Source: Phoronis australis (Eukaryota > Animalia > Phoronida). Taken from it: a stretch of DNA of 64,000 nt. The stretch lies in assembly GCA_002633005.1 (NCBI GenBank), contig NMRA01000138.1, forward strand, positions 186,001 to 250,000, read 5' to 3'. Below, in pieces: positions 1-14,785 of this stretch. Positions within the stretch are counted from its first letter, which is position 1. The number at the start of each line of letters is the position of its first letter. The position numbers and the translations under genes were made by a program. Below the pieces are notes generated by a model. The model was not told the DNA's origin. It was given only the letters and a program-made list of their open reading frames with translations, and did not search any database.

Positions 1-233
1 ACATAGTGCAACACAATTGCATGGTCATCAACTGAAGACAGAGTAATGGGTGTTCAAATGTGCAAGGCCACCTACCTTGAACACAAATTTTACAGGTGTA
101 GAATTACACAGCATTTCAGGGTCCTCCTTCACTTGATGGGAAAGGTGCCTGTGCCTTCTGAGAGGACATTTTTTGGGTGAGGGAAAATTCTACCCTCCCC
201 CATCATCACTATCAACAGCATCCCCCAACCCTG

Positions 234-272
234 TCACCAGCCCTCATCACCAGCCCTCATCACCAGCCCTCA
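234..272. repeat. 13-bp tandem repeat x3
   Basis: TCACCAGCCCTCA x3. Confidence 0.9.
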
Positions 273-2783
273 TAGGCTCTGCTTCAAGTAGCCAAAACTA
301 ACATTTTGTGCTGTTTCAAATTGTTGCCTGTGTAAGTTACAAGCGACTTCAACCTGAAGGGAAATTTTCTAATCACCTGAGAGGAAGTTTTGGACCTCAA
401 GGGGGAATTTCGCATGATTTTTCAATATTTTATGTTCAGAGGGTAATGGAGCCCATACTCTACCCCAAAATCTTGGGATTGAGGGCCCTGCATTTTAATT
501 AGTTTTGCTATCGCCATTGTAAGGGTGATGTAATGATTCACATTAGAAAGTCCATGTTGCTAAATGTCCAAGAGTGAAAGAAATTGCATTTTAACTTTAA
601 CTCTGCACACTTTTGTGTTCTCACAATACCAAAGTGACCTATATTGAATGTTTCCATTCACCCCCATCATGGCCACATACATCTAGCAGAATACTTTCTA
701 CATGAAGTTAGATAACTTAACAACACAAATTAGGCCAAGCAGTTTCTAATCATTCTATCAATATCTCACTATATGCACACCACATAACACTCTTGTAACT
801 AAACTCTAGGTTCTATGAAGGACATTACCAGCCGTCTGGGGTTTTCATTTTGTCATTTAAAGCGTATTAATTAATATACCATGCATTCAGGAATGCTTTC
901 ATCCTCTCTGAATGTCACAGATTGGGTCTAAAGAAGTGCAGCAATACAACCTGGTTATTTCTCTTTCTGCATAAGATTTTCATTTAATTTTCTTCAAATT
1001 TCTAATTTTTCAACTTAGTTGGTGAGAAAGTGTAAAGAACAGGTTCTTCTGTCTCATTAAATCAGAGAAACAAGGTGAGAAAATTCCGCAGCCTTATTAA
1101 AATTTTAATCAAAATTTTTCTACATGAATAGGGTATGCGATAAGATAGTCCAAATGATCACTCAAGCACGAGTGATAAGCATAATCAAGATCAGGTATGT
1201 ACAACAGGCAAAACCTGGCTAAAGAACAGCTACCATAGTATATGGAAATCTTGAATGAATCAACGCATCTGTCAGTAAACTCTGCTAGCACCAGGAATAT
1301 ACAAACTATACGCAGGCTTATAATTAAGATTTACCTAACTTTTTAAGTTAACTGTGCTTTAAGCAAAAAAAATATTAGTAAGGGCATTTAATGCTTTGCA
1401 ACAGTGCATGTCATAAACAGATCAATGTCCACATCAACATTTCATTCACAAAATCTGTCAACAACTATCACAAATGAGATGTGCCTTTTCTTTTTCCTTA
1501 TCAGCGCTTTGTAAATACATCAAGGTTTCAGAATGTACATTTTTATCATAGCAATAATAATAAAAAAATCTTCTTTGCAACTTTCAACAAGGACATTGAA
1601 ATGGTTATTTGAATGTTGTGGCAACAACTTTAATGAAAACACGAGAAATGATAATAAATAAGCAAAATTGTTGGGTGACCCATTTTAATAGAAAAACATG
1701 TTTTCATTGAAATACTGACCCTGGAAACTAATATACCAAAAGAACATGGGGAGAATTATTGTACCACAAAAAGCCTTTCACACGAACATCCATGTATGAA
1801 TGTTTTGAGGAGTGTCAGTCGGCATAAAAGGTTAACTTTGGCTTTTTACTGAAGTTCAAAATAACAAATTAACTTTTTGCAGTAGGTGGACTTTGCAGCA
1901 CAGCGTCTATGCTTCAGTACCGAGTGAAAGATTATATTCGATATAATCAGGTGTCAAAAGTCAATGATATCATGAAAATTGTGTTTAATAACATTAATGA
2001 CCATAATGACCATTCTACCACTTCCTTATCGGAGCATTTCCATATTAAAAAATTGGAATGCAGAACATTTTTGTGATAATTTTGAACATTCTTGAGATAA
2101 TTTTGATTCCTTAGGTGCCTGCTAACTACCGAAGCCAGTTTGAAAGGCTAAACTAACTTTGCAGTTTACATCGACGCTCCTATCATACAGGATAAGTTAT
2201 CCAATCGGCATTCCAAAAAGCTCGCACAAGACAAGACATGGTGTGCATTTAAGGACATTGTTAGCAGTAGTTGGACATTCAACACAATTGCTTCTATCCA
2301 TCAAAATTCCTTGTAAATTAAAATATGAACTCAAAAATATCTTGACAGTGTTTCTCCCTAGCACATATGCTGCCTATAATAACCTCATAGAACGTGGCTG
2401 TGCAGAGGTATTCACCAAATTTTTTGACAACAAAAAGAAATTAGATAGAATAAGCACGCAACAGTCAGTAGTGGTTTTCCAAAAAATTGGCCTAAGCTGG
2501 TTCCTGGTATAACCCCTATTTTATGCAACTAAGCCTCTAATGGTAGACTGTTCCTTTTGACAACTCAGCTGGAAATCTGTGAATGATTATAGACTACCTA
2601 CTTTTGAACTTGCAATTGCGAAATTACATTTCCAGAGGGTTCAAATGTTATAAATCACTACTTTACCCACCTTGGCATTCTGGATGTTGATGGTGTCACC
2701 GTTGATTTCGACAATGAACTTGGACTGTAGGTCAATCTCACTGAAACAGAATGCACATTATAAACATGAATTGTGCATTTTGG

Positions 2784-2890
2784 ATAGGTAGGTCCCTGAT
2801 TTAAAATTGCTTTGAGAACCAGTCACTCCCGCTGAATAACAGGTGTTATTCAGTGGGAGTAGCTGGTTCTCAAATCAGGTACCTATGTAT
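2784..2890. mobile_element. Small palindromic MITE; related fragment at about 5296-5376
   Basis: TTTGAGAACCAG..ACTCCCGCTGAATAAC-aggt-GTTATTCAGTGGGAGT..CTGGTTCTCAAA. Confidence 0.75.
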
Positions 2891-5800
2891 CCCACTATAA
2901 CCTATCCATCTTTTAGTACAGTACACACTTATAGACAGGCTTTGTCATATCCATGTTCTGTGTAATACCTGCCAACAGACAATATTTTAAAAAATTGTGG
3001 GCAATCAGAACAATGTTAGAAGCCATAGATTGGATATAAATACTAGTACACTTCCAAAACTGCAACTACCAGGGCAATTAATCTTTTTTCAGTTTTATCT
3101 CCTAAATATTCAAAGTTTAAGTCACCAGACCAAACAAATTGTGACCTTGGCCGTAAATTGCACAGGTAATAGGATTGAAATTAACTTAATTGCAGGGGTA
3201 AAGGATCGATCAAAGAACATCAAAAAAGGCAAACTTTATTGACACGTAGTCAATGATCTCGTTTGGGCTTCCTGGCATTTTCACTCAAAAGTTATCACCA
3301 GCTCCAGGCGATAACTATTGGGTGATAAATAACCCATGAGGATTACCAACCCTACTCCTAAATTAGTAGGGTAGGTGGACCAACTAGTATTTGGTCCATT
3401 TATTAAAATGCAGCACTTAATTTCACCGTGAACAGTTCTTAACATCTGAACTTTACCAATGCCAGTTTTGTCACTTATGAATGGCCAGGTCTATTCCCAG
3501 GGGGCATCAGTGTAAACTTTTCAATACCGTCTCTTTAAAACTGTTCAAAATTGCAGGTTAGTGGTACCCAACTGTTACGCCGAGGCACTGTCACTGAAGG
3601 TAGGCCTACGAGTCAATCAAAAGGAATAGTGGAAACGAATTCTATATCAGTCTCATGCCAGACATGGATTATTTTTTAAGTTAACGACAATAGTACAAAG
3701 TGATTAGTCTTTCCAATGAACAAGACAGAGCATCGGGTTTTAACCTTTTAATGGTATTAATCGCAAAGTAAACAGAACCGAATACGGAACGAAGTTCATA
3801 ATAGGCGCCATTTGTAAACGATTCAAATTGCTAAGCGATAGAAAGAACGGATAACTTTCAATCAAAAGCAACATATGATGAAGAATTTCTTTAAACTCAC
3901 CGTTTGTTGAGGGGTCGAACACGAACGGCAACTTTTATGTTCGACATTTTGATTAAAATATTTCGTCCATTTTCTTTCGTAATTTCATGATTAATGCCAA
4001 GTAAACGGCAACCCCGTCTTTACTCCAAGCACGCAACACTGATATTGTACTATGCGGGAAATCCGTGGACTAGTCCATTTCATACAACGGGGCATAAAAA
4101 TCGAATTGAATTATGTATGTTGCTTAGATTTGCGAATAGCGTCTGTTGTTCTAGCAAATACGGAACTATATTGCAAACTTAAATTTACATGTAGCTCTTT
4201 GTATTGGTAGAATTTTATAATAACATTTCACCAAATGAACAAGCGCCCGATGATTCAAACTGGACACCCCTTTAGTTCTATGAGGGTCACCTCAGTGAAT
4301 GAATGTCAGTTCCATGCTCTAAAATATTTTGGCATGATGTCGATCATGACTGGGAAGAGCTGCTGTTGTGGCAAACTTGTTTCGATTTTAAAAACATAGA
4401 CACTCTACGTTTTCGACTTTTTAACCATTTTCTAATGTCTTTAACATCAAATTGAAACACTTGATGAAGAAGCAACAGATGTGCACGTCACAAAGCACCA
4501 AATAGCTATGTTTGAAGAGTAGCCGGGTCCACCTCAGTTCTTTTCCGCACCAATAATTAAAAGCTCTCCGATATTTAATCAAGAATAACCATTCAATGAT
4601 AAAGTGTACTTCTGTGTTTTGAGACATAATATGACGTTACATATTCCAATACCCCCTTTCACTCCACATAAAAATACTTTCTACAAAGGACGGTAGACGT
4701 GTTTTTAACGATCTCCTTGCCTCCGTAGGCCTACATTTGTTGAAAACACAAGAAATCCGCAAGGAAATTTTTGATTAACTATTGTACTATAGTTCTCATG
4801 GGCTCAGAAATTTACTCGCATTTTTGCAACAAACTGGAAACAGGTTTCAAACACCACAAGCCGTCAGCGCACAAAAACCATTCACACTTTTTTACGCTTT
4901 GTCAACGTATTGCAAATAAACTAGATGAACATGAATGACTAAAATCAACTGTAATATCCGATGCATTCACTCCTTTGTGTAAGTGAGCAAATAATGACAT
5001 AGAAGTGAGTAGACACAATTTAGTGAATATGAATTTATATTAGGGTCAAGTGCTACTCACGCGAATGGACAGAAAAAACAAAATGACAAAACGGGACTGA
5101 CAAGGCGAAGTGATGACAAGGTCCTAGACCACTTCCAGAATTTGACTTGAATGCAGTACAAGGGTCTTACGACAGGACCAATTTACACGTGCAGTTGCGC
5201 TACCTATTGGTTGTTATCAAAACTTATTCAGCGAAATAGGAGATGAACAAAATCTATTCATTGTCAAGCACATGAACTTCTAAAATATTTTTGCACGGGT
5301 CCCCGCATTTTGAGAACCAGTTTTCTCTACTGAATGACGGGCATCAAACTGGTCCTCGAAATCGGAATGCCCCTGTAAGAACCTATTGACAAAGTAGGCA
5401 TTTTAAAGTGATTTTTCATAACTGAGTTCCTATTTCTATCACTTTCTTCACTTGCCAAAACAACTGTGTAAATTTTATAAGTTATATGACGAAAAATGAC
5501 AGTAAAATAAGTTAAACATCATATAAACACTGTTGACAAAAGCAAGACAAGTCATAATTATAGAACATATTTATTGAATATGACTTAAGTATACATAAAA
5601 TAGCAATTAAATTGGAGAAAACCCTAGGTTTCGGTGTAACGGAAAACAAATGTTTTCCAATAAAAAGCAAATAAAATGCAAGAAAAGGAGATTCAAATCA
5701 AACAACAACAACAAAAACAATATTCCATTCACTTAGCATTGGAATACTGCATAAGTTCATACGATTTCAGCTTGTCAGTTTTGAAGATAATCAGGTATAT

Positions 5801-7072
5801 TCTAGAGGCAAATTATACAGAAAAGTATTTTGGGTACGGACCATAGCATTTCAATATGAAACAACCAATATCTTGGTGAAAAAAGAGCATGCTTATTTTC
5901 TGGCCATAGCCAACTGCCATTTTACATGATAGTGCAGCGTTGTTTAAAAATGCCCAAATAAAAATCACCACCTCATAAAGCACTTCATTAATTTTCATTA
6001 ATCGTGTTCAGAAGACGATATAACTTACATGATGGTCTGAATGAATGGGTTTAATGAAATATATGCAAAACATGCATTCATCAAGTACTGGCAAAACTGT
6101 GCTAAAGTGCACTACATGGTTTTGATTGCATTCGTTTTTGGCCAAAATATGAGTACGAACTTTAAAATTAGCGTGTATGAATGGTGTTCAGATCTGAGAC
6201 AAGGATAATCCCACCCTCAGGCTCCTCAGAAAGGAGGCTATGCATATATGGTTGGATCAGGCTGAGCACTTCCCAATAGAAACATTGGTTCATTTGAGCT
6301 CCAACTGTTTTGATTTCTGGTCTCTCCCCTCACATTGTATTTTGACGTGTACCTGTACAGTCCATTCTTCACCTGTGTCACCTGACTGAATAATGTTAAC
6401 TTTTGTATTGAGAATGACTTATAGTGAATAAATCAAAACACGATCAATATGTCGTTATTTACATACGCGCCAATTTAAAAGTTCCAACATATAATGTTTT
6501 TCCATGATGTTAGGTCACATAAAAATTTTCTTGTGTCTTTATGGCTACTGACTCCTATGTTCATCGAAAACACAATCCTGGAATCATGGTAAACAAAAAT
6601 GCAGTGGCAGGAATACACCACACCATAAATGGTACTATCTATCTATCGCTAAGGATCCCTTCCTCAAAGTATTTTTTAACCAAACACAACAGAGGCAAAC
6701 CATTGCTACGAGTATCATTTCAACCAAAATTATACAACAGCTCAAAATTAACATTCATAATAAAGTATTTTCATTCATGACACCTACAAGAAGACATAAA
6801 GAGTGTACAATTTGATATCAACATTGCACCATATTTGTCCAAAATAACACCCATATTTGGCTCGATGCCAATGCACAAAGTTTCCAAATTTTCACTTTTT
6901 CACACCCACCCTCATTTTCATGATCCAAATGTCCTTGAAAGTGCCATTGTCTTTGTGAATGCAAGTCTCACACAAACTTTAGCCCGAAAAATGTTGTACA
7001 AAACTCGCTTACTCGAGACAAACCACAATTTCAGCAGCAACTTGCCCCTTTCACGTGAGAAAATAATTGCAG

Positions 7073-7475
7073 TAAGGCCTAAATAAAAATAAAGTTTGTT
7101 TGCCCTTACCTGACTGATCGGATAAAAACAAGCAGATTCAGAAAATTTTTTGACAAAATTTATCCGACATTTTATGTATTCCTCTACATGAAGTGCCGTA
7201 ATCAATTTCCCACTTGATTGATGACACGGCCCAGGAATTGGTCCTCACTGGCAACTTGGTTGTTTCATTACAAAAACAGGCAAAAATCCTTCCAAAATCT
7301 CAAACTTGAGTTATTTATTTCTCAAGACTCTTGAAGAAAGCGTGGCTCATTGGTTGAGAAGTAGTAGCAAAACTGATGTACGAAGTTATAAAAATTTTTT
7401 TGCCAACCTACCTACCCAGACGTTAAAAGTAGGGTTGGGTAAGGGCAAACAAAGATGTATTTAAGACTGGCCTTA
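7073..7475. mobile_element. MITE with TAAGGCC...TTTGTTTGCCCTTACC inverted ends (Zator/PIF-like TWA flanks)
   Basis: TAAGGCC and a 16-bp perfect TTTGTTTGCCCTTACC block mirrored at the right end. Confidence 0.7.
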
Positions 7476-9012
7476 CCTACTAAGTTTTATTTTACTCTTG
7501 CATGCAAATCCAACACAAGTGCTCAGCTAAACTCACCCCAACACACACTTCTGAAATTCTTCACTTTAAAACGGTCATGCTCAACTTAATGTCCACTCTC
7601 CCTGTGCACTAACTGCACAATTACAGTATATAAATAACTATTCATTGTTAGTAAAATTGACTTTAAAGATTGGTATATAAATTTGCACGCCATCTAGTGA
7701 CCATTACCTTTAGGAACTATATGTTTTAAATGATAATCCAGAAAAGAAACAACATACAAACAGGATTGTTTGAAAAACTGAGGATGCATTTGACTATCAA
7801 TATCGAAACTGATCAAAGTACCTGGGTTTCTCACATTTTTTTGCATAATCTATGGGTTGCTTCTTCACAATTTATTACACCACAGGTCAGCAAATGTTAT
7901 TTACAAATGAATGGAATAAATGATTGAGTTCTAGCCACTGTATCCCGCTATTATTAACAACTGATAAAGACAAACAAAAATAATTTAGCATAAAACATCT
8001 GTGAACTGACAAATATCCTCTCAACAGGAGCACCAGTTCTCAATCCTAAAATTCAATGGCAGCTACGGTTCCAAAGTCTGTCCAGTGGGTCCAACTAGTG
8101 ACATACATAGTGGGTGAGTGAGATCCCTACATTACAGCAATGTAAGAAAGGGGGTATGAACACCCTGGATCCCCCACCCTCTTGGATTTGCATCTAAATG
8201 GTTGCCACCTAGCTTGAAGAACAGTGTATTCTATCCAGAATTTTGTAAGGTCCAGTTAACAAGATTAGTACAGCATAAAACATACTCGAGAGCCTCTCTG
8301 GCAGACTGTAAAATTCAAACTTTTGGTTTACTTCTCAATAAATACATCACACAACATAGTAATGTGAAAAAATGAAAATGACTAATAGATAATTTTATTA
8401 ATTACTGGCTATCAAATTTTGCGACATGTCTTCAATCCCCACACAGCACCCGACACACTTTTATTCATTTTAATTACTTGAAATAGTAAAACCTGAACAT
8501 GACCAGTTCATTAAAAATTTGTGAAGAACCCATCTGCTTCTATGAAACCTTTCTGGCAGACAGTTGTAGAAACATAGACCACCATACTCATCTAGGTAAA
8601 CGCCAATTTATTCGACCTTACACTCACCTCCGAAATTTCCAAATTTTACCTTTAAATAACGATGTTTGGCTTAGCCCATACCCTCAATTTATATTATAGT
8701 CTCAAGGTCTGACCACACTGTATGCAAGTGAACAAAATATGCGTTGCAATGTTGTATTAATGGGCAGCCACACAGAGCAGTACAAATTTATGTTTCTTAC
8801 CAGACATGTTTACTTCATGACTATTTTTTTTCGTTTTTGAGCCAATGCCATTGTAATTGACACAAGGTATGTCCTACAATATGTTTCTTGCCTTAGCATG
8901 AGCAAGACACCTTATTTAAAGACTGAAAGTAAAACAAGACTGTACCGGCTAAATCGAAATTTGTCCACTGTGATTGGTTCACACAGTGGAATAAGATTCA
9001 TTACTTGGCAAC

Positions 9013-9975
9013 ATTTTTGTGCCAAGTATGTTGCTCTGACACTAAGTTTTCTGTATGTTTGCACTCTACAGCTCGCAATTTTTAGCACAAAATTAGCAAA
9101 CAACTTGTATCTTCAAAACAGCTGGATGCCTATTTTGGTCATGATCAGATTCAAGAAGGCAGACGTGGCGGCCATTTTGTCTTCAAATTCATATTGAAAC
9201 ACTCATTGGGGCCGCATTCTTGATGTACACGACTGAAAATCGGTATGATTATTGTACCAGATGTGTTCTATGGATGAGATGGAAATAATTTACTTACAGT
9301 CAAAGATGAAGGAAATATTGGCCACTGCGCATGCATTCCTCGAGTTTGGGGCAAAAACATATTGTCCTGTAGCCGGCACATTGTAAGACCAATTGTTAAG
9401 AAACTTTTCATGTGTTAGTTTCCTGTAACTAACTATTATCGAGTGCAGCTTAACCGGACCTTGCCTTCAAGATAGCCGACATGATACATTTTCATCCATT
9501 TTCAATCGTGCTGGGGAGCCATTTTAAAAGGGAAGAGCAAATGACAAGAATTTTTTGCATGTGGATTCTCTGAGGAATACTCTTTTGAATGACCTCTAAC
9601 AATTTTTCTCAAGAACTGTTATTGAGTTATTTGACTTTCAATTTCAAAAAATGCAAAATTTGAAAATTTTCGAAAAGTTTACAGAATTTTATGAAACTAC
9701 CTGTTCAGATAGTTTTGAATGGGCTTTCCATTTTTCGCTAGGACTTCTACTTTTTGAATAATTCGAGATTTTCTGATAACACTGTTCCTTTGTTGACTGA
9801 TTTTGCTGCACTTTTGTTGGTTTACCTTCTATTGAACAAGACTATAGCCTATTTCCTACTCATTTCTGACATCTTCGTTCATCATATAAATGTTATCATC
9901 ATGTTCATCATCGCAACCATCATCATCATCGTTGTCGTCTTCATTAAGATCTTTTCAATTAATTTCGCCAAGTGT
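9013..9975. repeat. Dispersed repeat of about 1 kb, copy A, with a (CAT)n tract
   Basis: Colinear with 44975-45962 (TTTTGCCAAGTATGTTGCTC, GCTGGGGAGCCATTTTAAA, GAGATTTTCTGATAACACT). Confidence 0.85.
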
Positions 9976-10889
9976 CGCTCCTCCAAGAGCTTTCATTTCA
10001 ATTTTCATTTGCATGACATCACTCATTGCAACTATCAGTCATAAGCAGTGCGGACACTTCCAACAGAAATTCACTTCCTCCAACTGAACCTGAATACAAT
10101 TGGATCATCTAAATCACTCATTTGCGTGCAGTCTAGCCAGGCCTTTAATTGAAATTGCCAGTGCCTAATGAATGGGCCAAATGATACTGAATAACTTACA
10201 CTTATGACTTTGCTATGATAATACACTTCACGTATCACTGACATTATCATATAAACCCTGGATGCAAAACAAAACTAAGAAACTGTTTTTGAAAAAACAT
10301 GACAATTCTGAAATAGAAAATCCCACATCATAGCCTTTCAAGAGAAATGTCAAGTAACAGATTACGGATGAGCAGTGGAACTGTCGGTATGACGTATGAG
10401 ACAGTGACAAAATAGGCAATTTTATAGATACTTGAAATGTGGTTCTCCTCCCAATCAGATGACAATTGTAATACAAACTACAACCAGACTACCTCCAAAT
10501 AAATGCAGCTGTGTGTAAAAATACATCTGGGAATGAAAAACATGTTTTATAACACATTGGATAAACTTAAGTATGCCTGAATACTCAAACAAGTTATTTA
10601 TCCAGGTGAACAAGCCATTCTTGTGAGTAAGGGTAACATTGTTTCTTCAACCAAACCAATCTGGGTATGTAAAGTTCAAAGTTTTGAGAAATCATTAAAA
10701 GTCAATCGAACACAAATTGTCCTCTGACAACACCCTCTTACATGGGCGGCACAGCATTGAAATAAATGGGGGGTTATGACTCCCAAGCCCCCCATGGTGT
10801 GCCGCCTATGTGACCATTGGTGCGCTGCCCGTGTCTTGTGAGTAACAGAGGGCACCTCAGCAAAAAAGTTTGTCATGCAGAGGCTCTGC

Positions 10890-10990
10890 TCACGACTCTA
10901 ACAGAACATGCCAGCGACAGATCTCGTCACCACGGCTCTCTCTCATGTCTGACCAATGGCCGACTTCTTCCTCTCCGCTGCTGTTTAAAC
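10890..10990 (-). CDS. SYT14: SYT14-like terminal coding exon ([32 protein letters not shown]-stop)
   Basis: TTTGTCAG|GT acceptor; TGA at 10892-10890; [12 protein letters not shown] and the synaptotagmin C-terminal WH.L motif. Confidence 0.93.
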
Positions 10991-11912
10991 CTGACAAATA
11001 GAAAGTCATCCGTAATAAACACCACAGGATACCACTATGAGGTTTTAATACAAATATCAAATACTGTACAATTTTCCGAAGTATTCTTTACCAGTTTGGC
11101 ATATTAAATCCTGCACTGGGGCTTAGCTTAATGGCTTGAGGACTCAAAAGTAAACACATCTTATGTTCAGGCTACAAATTGATAAAGTTATGTTTTTATT
11201 TTGAAAAAACAATGCAACACTATTAAGGTCAAACTGAAATTCATTCGCTTCATGGATTCATCGTATGTAATTAAGAACGCCATTAAAGAAAAACAAAAAG
11301 TTTCCAAACCAAAACAAGAATTTTCAAAGATGGCTCTACACAGAATTTTAAAGTACACCTTGAACGTTAACATGTCCAGTTCCAACAAGCACCACTCTGA
11401 CTACACTGAACTCACAAACAGACAAACGTAATGAATGATTAGCCTTATTGATTGATCTTCGACATTGTGAGAATGCTCATTCAAGTCAAACAGTTGCAAA
11501 TAACTCTCCCATAAATTGCCGTTCTATTCAACATACTCTGGTACCCGTGGCAGAAACATACTTCTAGCGTAGATACTTGCAAATGTTCAAAACTACTGCT
11601 ACTGGCCAATCTTTGCTTGCCGTTTTCTCACGGTGATGAAAAATCTACTTCCTGTACCATTAGATGAGCCTGTGTTTGACTATTTAAATCATCTTTTCTA
11701 GTATTGCTTAAGCATTGGACTACCAGGACGTCCAACACATCCAAAATAACAAAAAAAAACTTCAAGAAAAGCTATAAACTTTCAAACAAAATTACATACA
11801 ACAATCCCCAGCCAAAAGTAAATTATTATACAATAGAAACTGATAGACATAAAAAGGAGCAATTTAATACCAACAAGAATCACAAAACAAATCACAGATG
11901 GCAGGAGGCTAC

Positions 11913-12125
11913 CTAGTGAAAACCATCCAATCATCTCCTTGCGCTTCATTGACCTCTTGTTGTATACAGACACCATAAGCGTGACCTCTGGCAGCTGAAA
12001 CAGCGCCACCTGGAACATGAATGTCTCTTTGTAGAGGGGGTTTGGCTGGCCACGCCTTATCGACGTCTTACTACGAGCCATCTCCTGTCCAGCGGGGTTC
12101 ATCAGCGTCAACTTGACATAGGTAT
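11913..12125 (-). CDS. SYT14: SYT14-like C2B exon ([72 protein letters not shown])
   Basis: TTTTCAG|AT acceptor and CTAG|GTAGC donor; 213 nt, phase 1-1; closely matches the conserved SYT14/16 C2B. Confidence 0.95.
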
Positions 12126-12437
12126 CTGAAAATAATTGACGATAATCAATAATAGTAGGCTCCAAGTCTTAAGTGAGACATCTTAACAGACTTCAGTGTG
12201 ACATCTTAACAGTCTTCATTGCAAGTAGAGCAAATCATACTATTACTAATAACCTCAATAAAAATTAAGTTGGTTTCCTCTTGTGCTAGTGATCGTGTAT
12301 AATGTGCTTGAGACAAAACATGTTTATCAGCAAACAAACAAGATAAATTTTATAATTAAAAATAAAATATTTTTATTGACATAACTGATAAAAATTACCT
12401 ACTCAGCAATCTCTGGGGTGTGAGGATAGGGTGAAAA

Positions 12438-13020
12438 GACAAGAGCAACACAGAGCATTGAAATGCGCCCATGAATGCACCACAAATGGTGTGCTTTTAG
12501 GGGTACTTCTTTGTATTATAAATTAAAGTGGTCACTAGATGGCGCAAAGTACGTCAAATCCATCCGGAACGAGAACATGTCGTTGTTTCTTGCTTGAAAG
12601 CTATTTCCCAAATTTCAAGGAACTTCAGAGAAACAGAGGAAAACGGAAAAAATGAAATTGCCACTAGGGGGCACAGCATTTGTCAGATCTGTCTGCAAGT
12701 CATCGTCGTTTGTTGTCAACATAAACACACTATCTTGCTAAATTTAATAAAGATCCTGTAGTGGGTTTAGGAGACACAGCTATGGACACAAAAAAACAAA
12801 ACTGCTAGTAGGAGGCGCCACAGTAGTTGAATTTGTTGGAAAATCATCGTCAACTGTCCCATTCAAACTAAGAACATATAAGCCAATTCTCACACTCATC
12901 CTTACAGCGGTTTGGTTGATAGAGAGGCAGACGCCAAAACAGACTAGAAAACAGTAAAAATGTCCACTAGATGGGGCAAAATGCATCAAATCCATCCAAA
13001 AACAGCAACATGTCATGGTT
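12438..13020. mobile_element. Helentron-associated (HINE-like) modular repeat, partial copy
   Basis: Terminus ACAAGAGCAAC..AGCATTGAAATGC followed by modules with GCCACTAG.(G/T)GGC and CAAATCCATCC motifs shared with other copies. Confidence 0.6.
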
Positions 13021-13394
13021 TATGAAAAGTCACTTGTGTACAAACTTATTGTCAATAGAACGAAAAATACATCAAGTCTCCCACAAATGATAGGAGAGGT
13101 CTAGAACCCATGCTGTTCTTGAAAACTGCTACAAAACTGATGTAAATCAACTAACGTTCCAGCATTGTACCTTTGTCATTAGTAAATTTTGAATAACTCA
13201 AGAACAGTAACCCAAAGCCAGAAAAAGATAATGCACTTCTTGTTAATAGCTCTTTCAGAGATCCATTGACATACCAAGTTTCAGAAAAATCTGTCAAAGG
13301 ATGCTGGGTAGAGGGGATCACCCTGTCTGCAACCTCCCTGAAGATGCAGTAACACAAAAAGATTGCCATTTTGCATGTTTTAATGTTCACTCAC

Positions 13395-13587
13395 CAGGTG
13401 ACCTAGTCATTGCCAGGTTTCTAAAACTACTGCCTTTGATGACCTCCACAGATAGCCGGCCAGTTGTCCCATTGTATGATAGTCCTAGTAATAGTTCGGG
13501 CATGCCACCATGTTGGAGAGACTGCATGGATGAGCCAGATTCACTGGCTGAACCCAGGCTTGATGTGTCTGCCTTAGAGTCAGCACG
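13395..13587 (-). CDS. SYT14: SYT14-like exon, inter-C2 linker and start of C2B (...SMQSLQHGGMPELLLGLSYNGTTGRLSVEVIKGSSFRNLAMTRSP)
   Basis: CCTTTCAG|CGT acceptor and CCTG|GTGAGT donor; 193 nt, phase 0-1; HGG.PELLLGL.YN.TTGRLS.EVIKGS signature. Confidence 0.93.
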
Positions 13588-13788
13588 CTGAAAGGAAGCA
13601 TCAGTACATGTGCAATAAAGGGTACTGAAGTCAAAAGCAAACTGTAAGAATTAAAAAGATGCACCACAGTCTAGAAATCATTGATAGAACTTATCTTGGT
13701 ATCTGACAGTTACATAATATATTAGTAACCCTTTAGTTCAAGCGTGATTTATATACGGTCTGAAATAGAAGTCTGGAGCTCAAGACAT

Positions 13789-14073
13789 GGGGTCTGTTAC
13801 ATGAAAATGACTTTAGACTTAGAGGAAATTCGGTCTTTAAGGCTCCACATAAATGTTTCTAAAAATAGTTAAATCTCACTACAGCAAAAGTACAAAGTGT
13901 CTGAGAATATACACATAACTGATAGTTACTGAAATAATTTCTATAAACTATTTCTGGACTGAGATGCGCTCATAGTTTCTTTACTAAAACTAAATTCAGC
14001 AATTGTGAAGTTGGAGCACCAGACCAAATTTCTGCCGGTCTCAAGTCTTAGTCATTTTCATGAAACAGACTCC
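13789..14073. mobile_element. MITE with TIRs of about 30 bp (Harbinger-like GG termini)
   Basis: GGGGTCTGTTACATGAAAATGACT versus AGTCATTTTCATGAAACAGACTCC. Confidence 0.75.
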
Positions 14074-14648
14074 AAATTTCCGACTTGTCACTTTTCATAA
14101 AACCGACCTGTGGTGTTAAAAACATGAACTTTCCTCAAAAGGGTATTTGCTCTTCTAAAGCAGCATCATAGAAACTCTAATATGCTTTCTTTGAACTGAA
14201 ATTGGTTACAATACATTGCCAAGAATTCCTCTGATGGCCAGATTGAGTTAGACACTGAAACTAACCCACTGTGACAAGCAACTTAATAGGGCTGGTCTGA
14301 AGCAATCATGACCTGTCAGTTCTTCTCAAGTCCACTTTTCAAAAGAAGAAGACATGAGTGTAACACACTTCCGAGTTGAGTCAGATAATATAAAGATGGT
14401 CTGATTGGGCCCTTCTCACCTTTTCAATTTTCAAATTTATATGACAGAATTGCTAGCAACACTATGAGTAAAACTTTGTTGGTTTAAGAATGAGAAACCA
14501 ATTCTGATGTAAGAATGCATAATATATAATCATTAGCAAGGCATCAGTGGGTTAAGGGCCTTATTTGTGCCCAACCTCAGATATGCAAAATGACCAAATT
14601 TTAGTACCAAAGTGTTGTTCCTTCAATATGAATGCTTTGGCCTAAGAC

Positions 14649-14724
14649 ACGTTAGGATATTGGCATGACAAAAGTATTGTATTCTATACGTTAGGATATT
14701 GGCATGACAAAAGTATTGTATTCT
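14649..14724. repeat. Tandem duplication, 39-bp period
   Basis: ACGTTAGGATATTGGCATGACAAAAGTATTGTATTCT x2. Confidence 0.95.
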
Positions 14725-14785
14725 TGCCACACCATCCATAGTGTTATTCTTCACATGATTTGGCTTCAACATTAATTGGACTTAC

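Noticed and set aside
3480-5200. CpG-richer block as a defined transposon or promoter
   Set aside because: No TIR pair, TSD or recognisable coding remnant found by eye.
5570-5575. SYT polyadenylation signal (AATAAA on the minus strand)
   Set aside because: Many such hexamers occur in this AT-rich flank; one cannot be chosen without 3'-end data.
9754-10087. Hydrophobic and Ser-rich ORFs
   Set aside because: Translations of the (CAT)n tract of a dispersed repeat.
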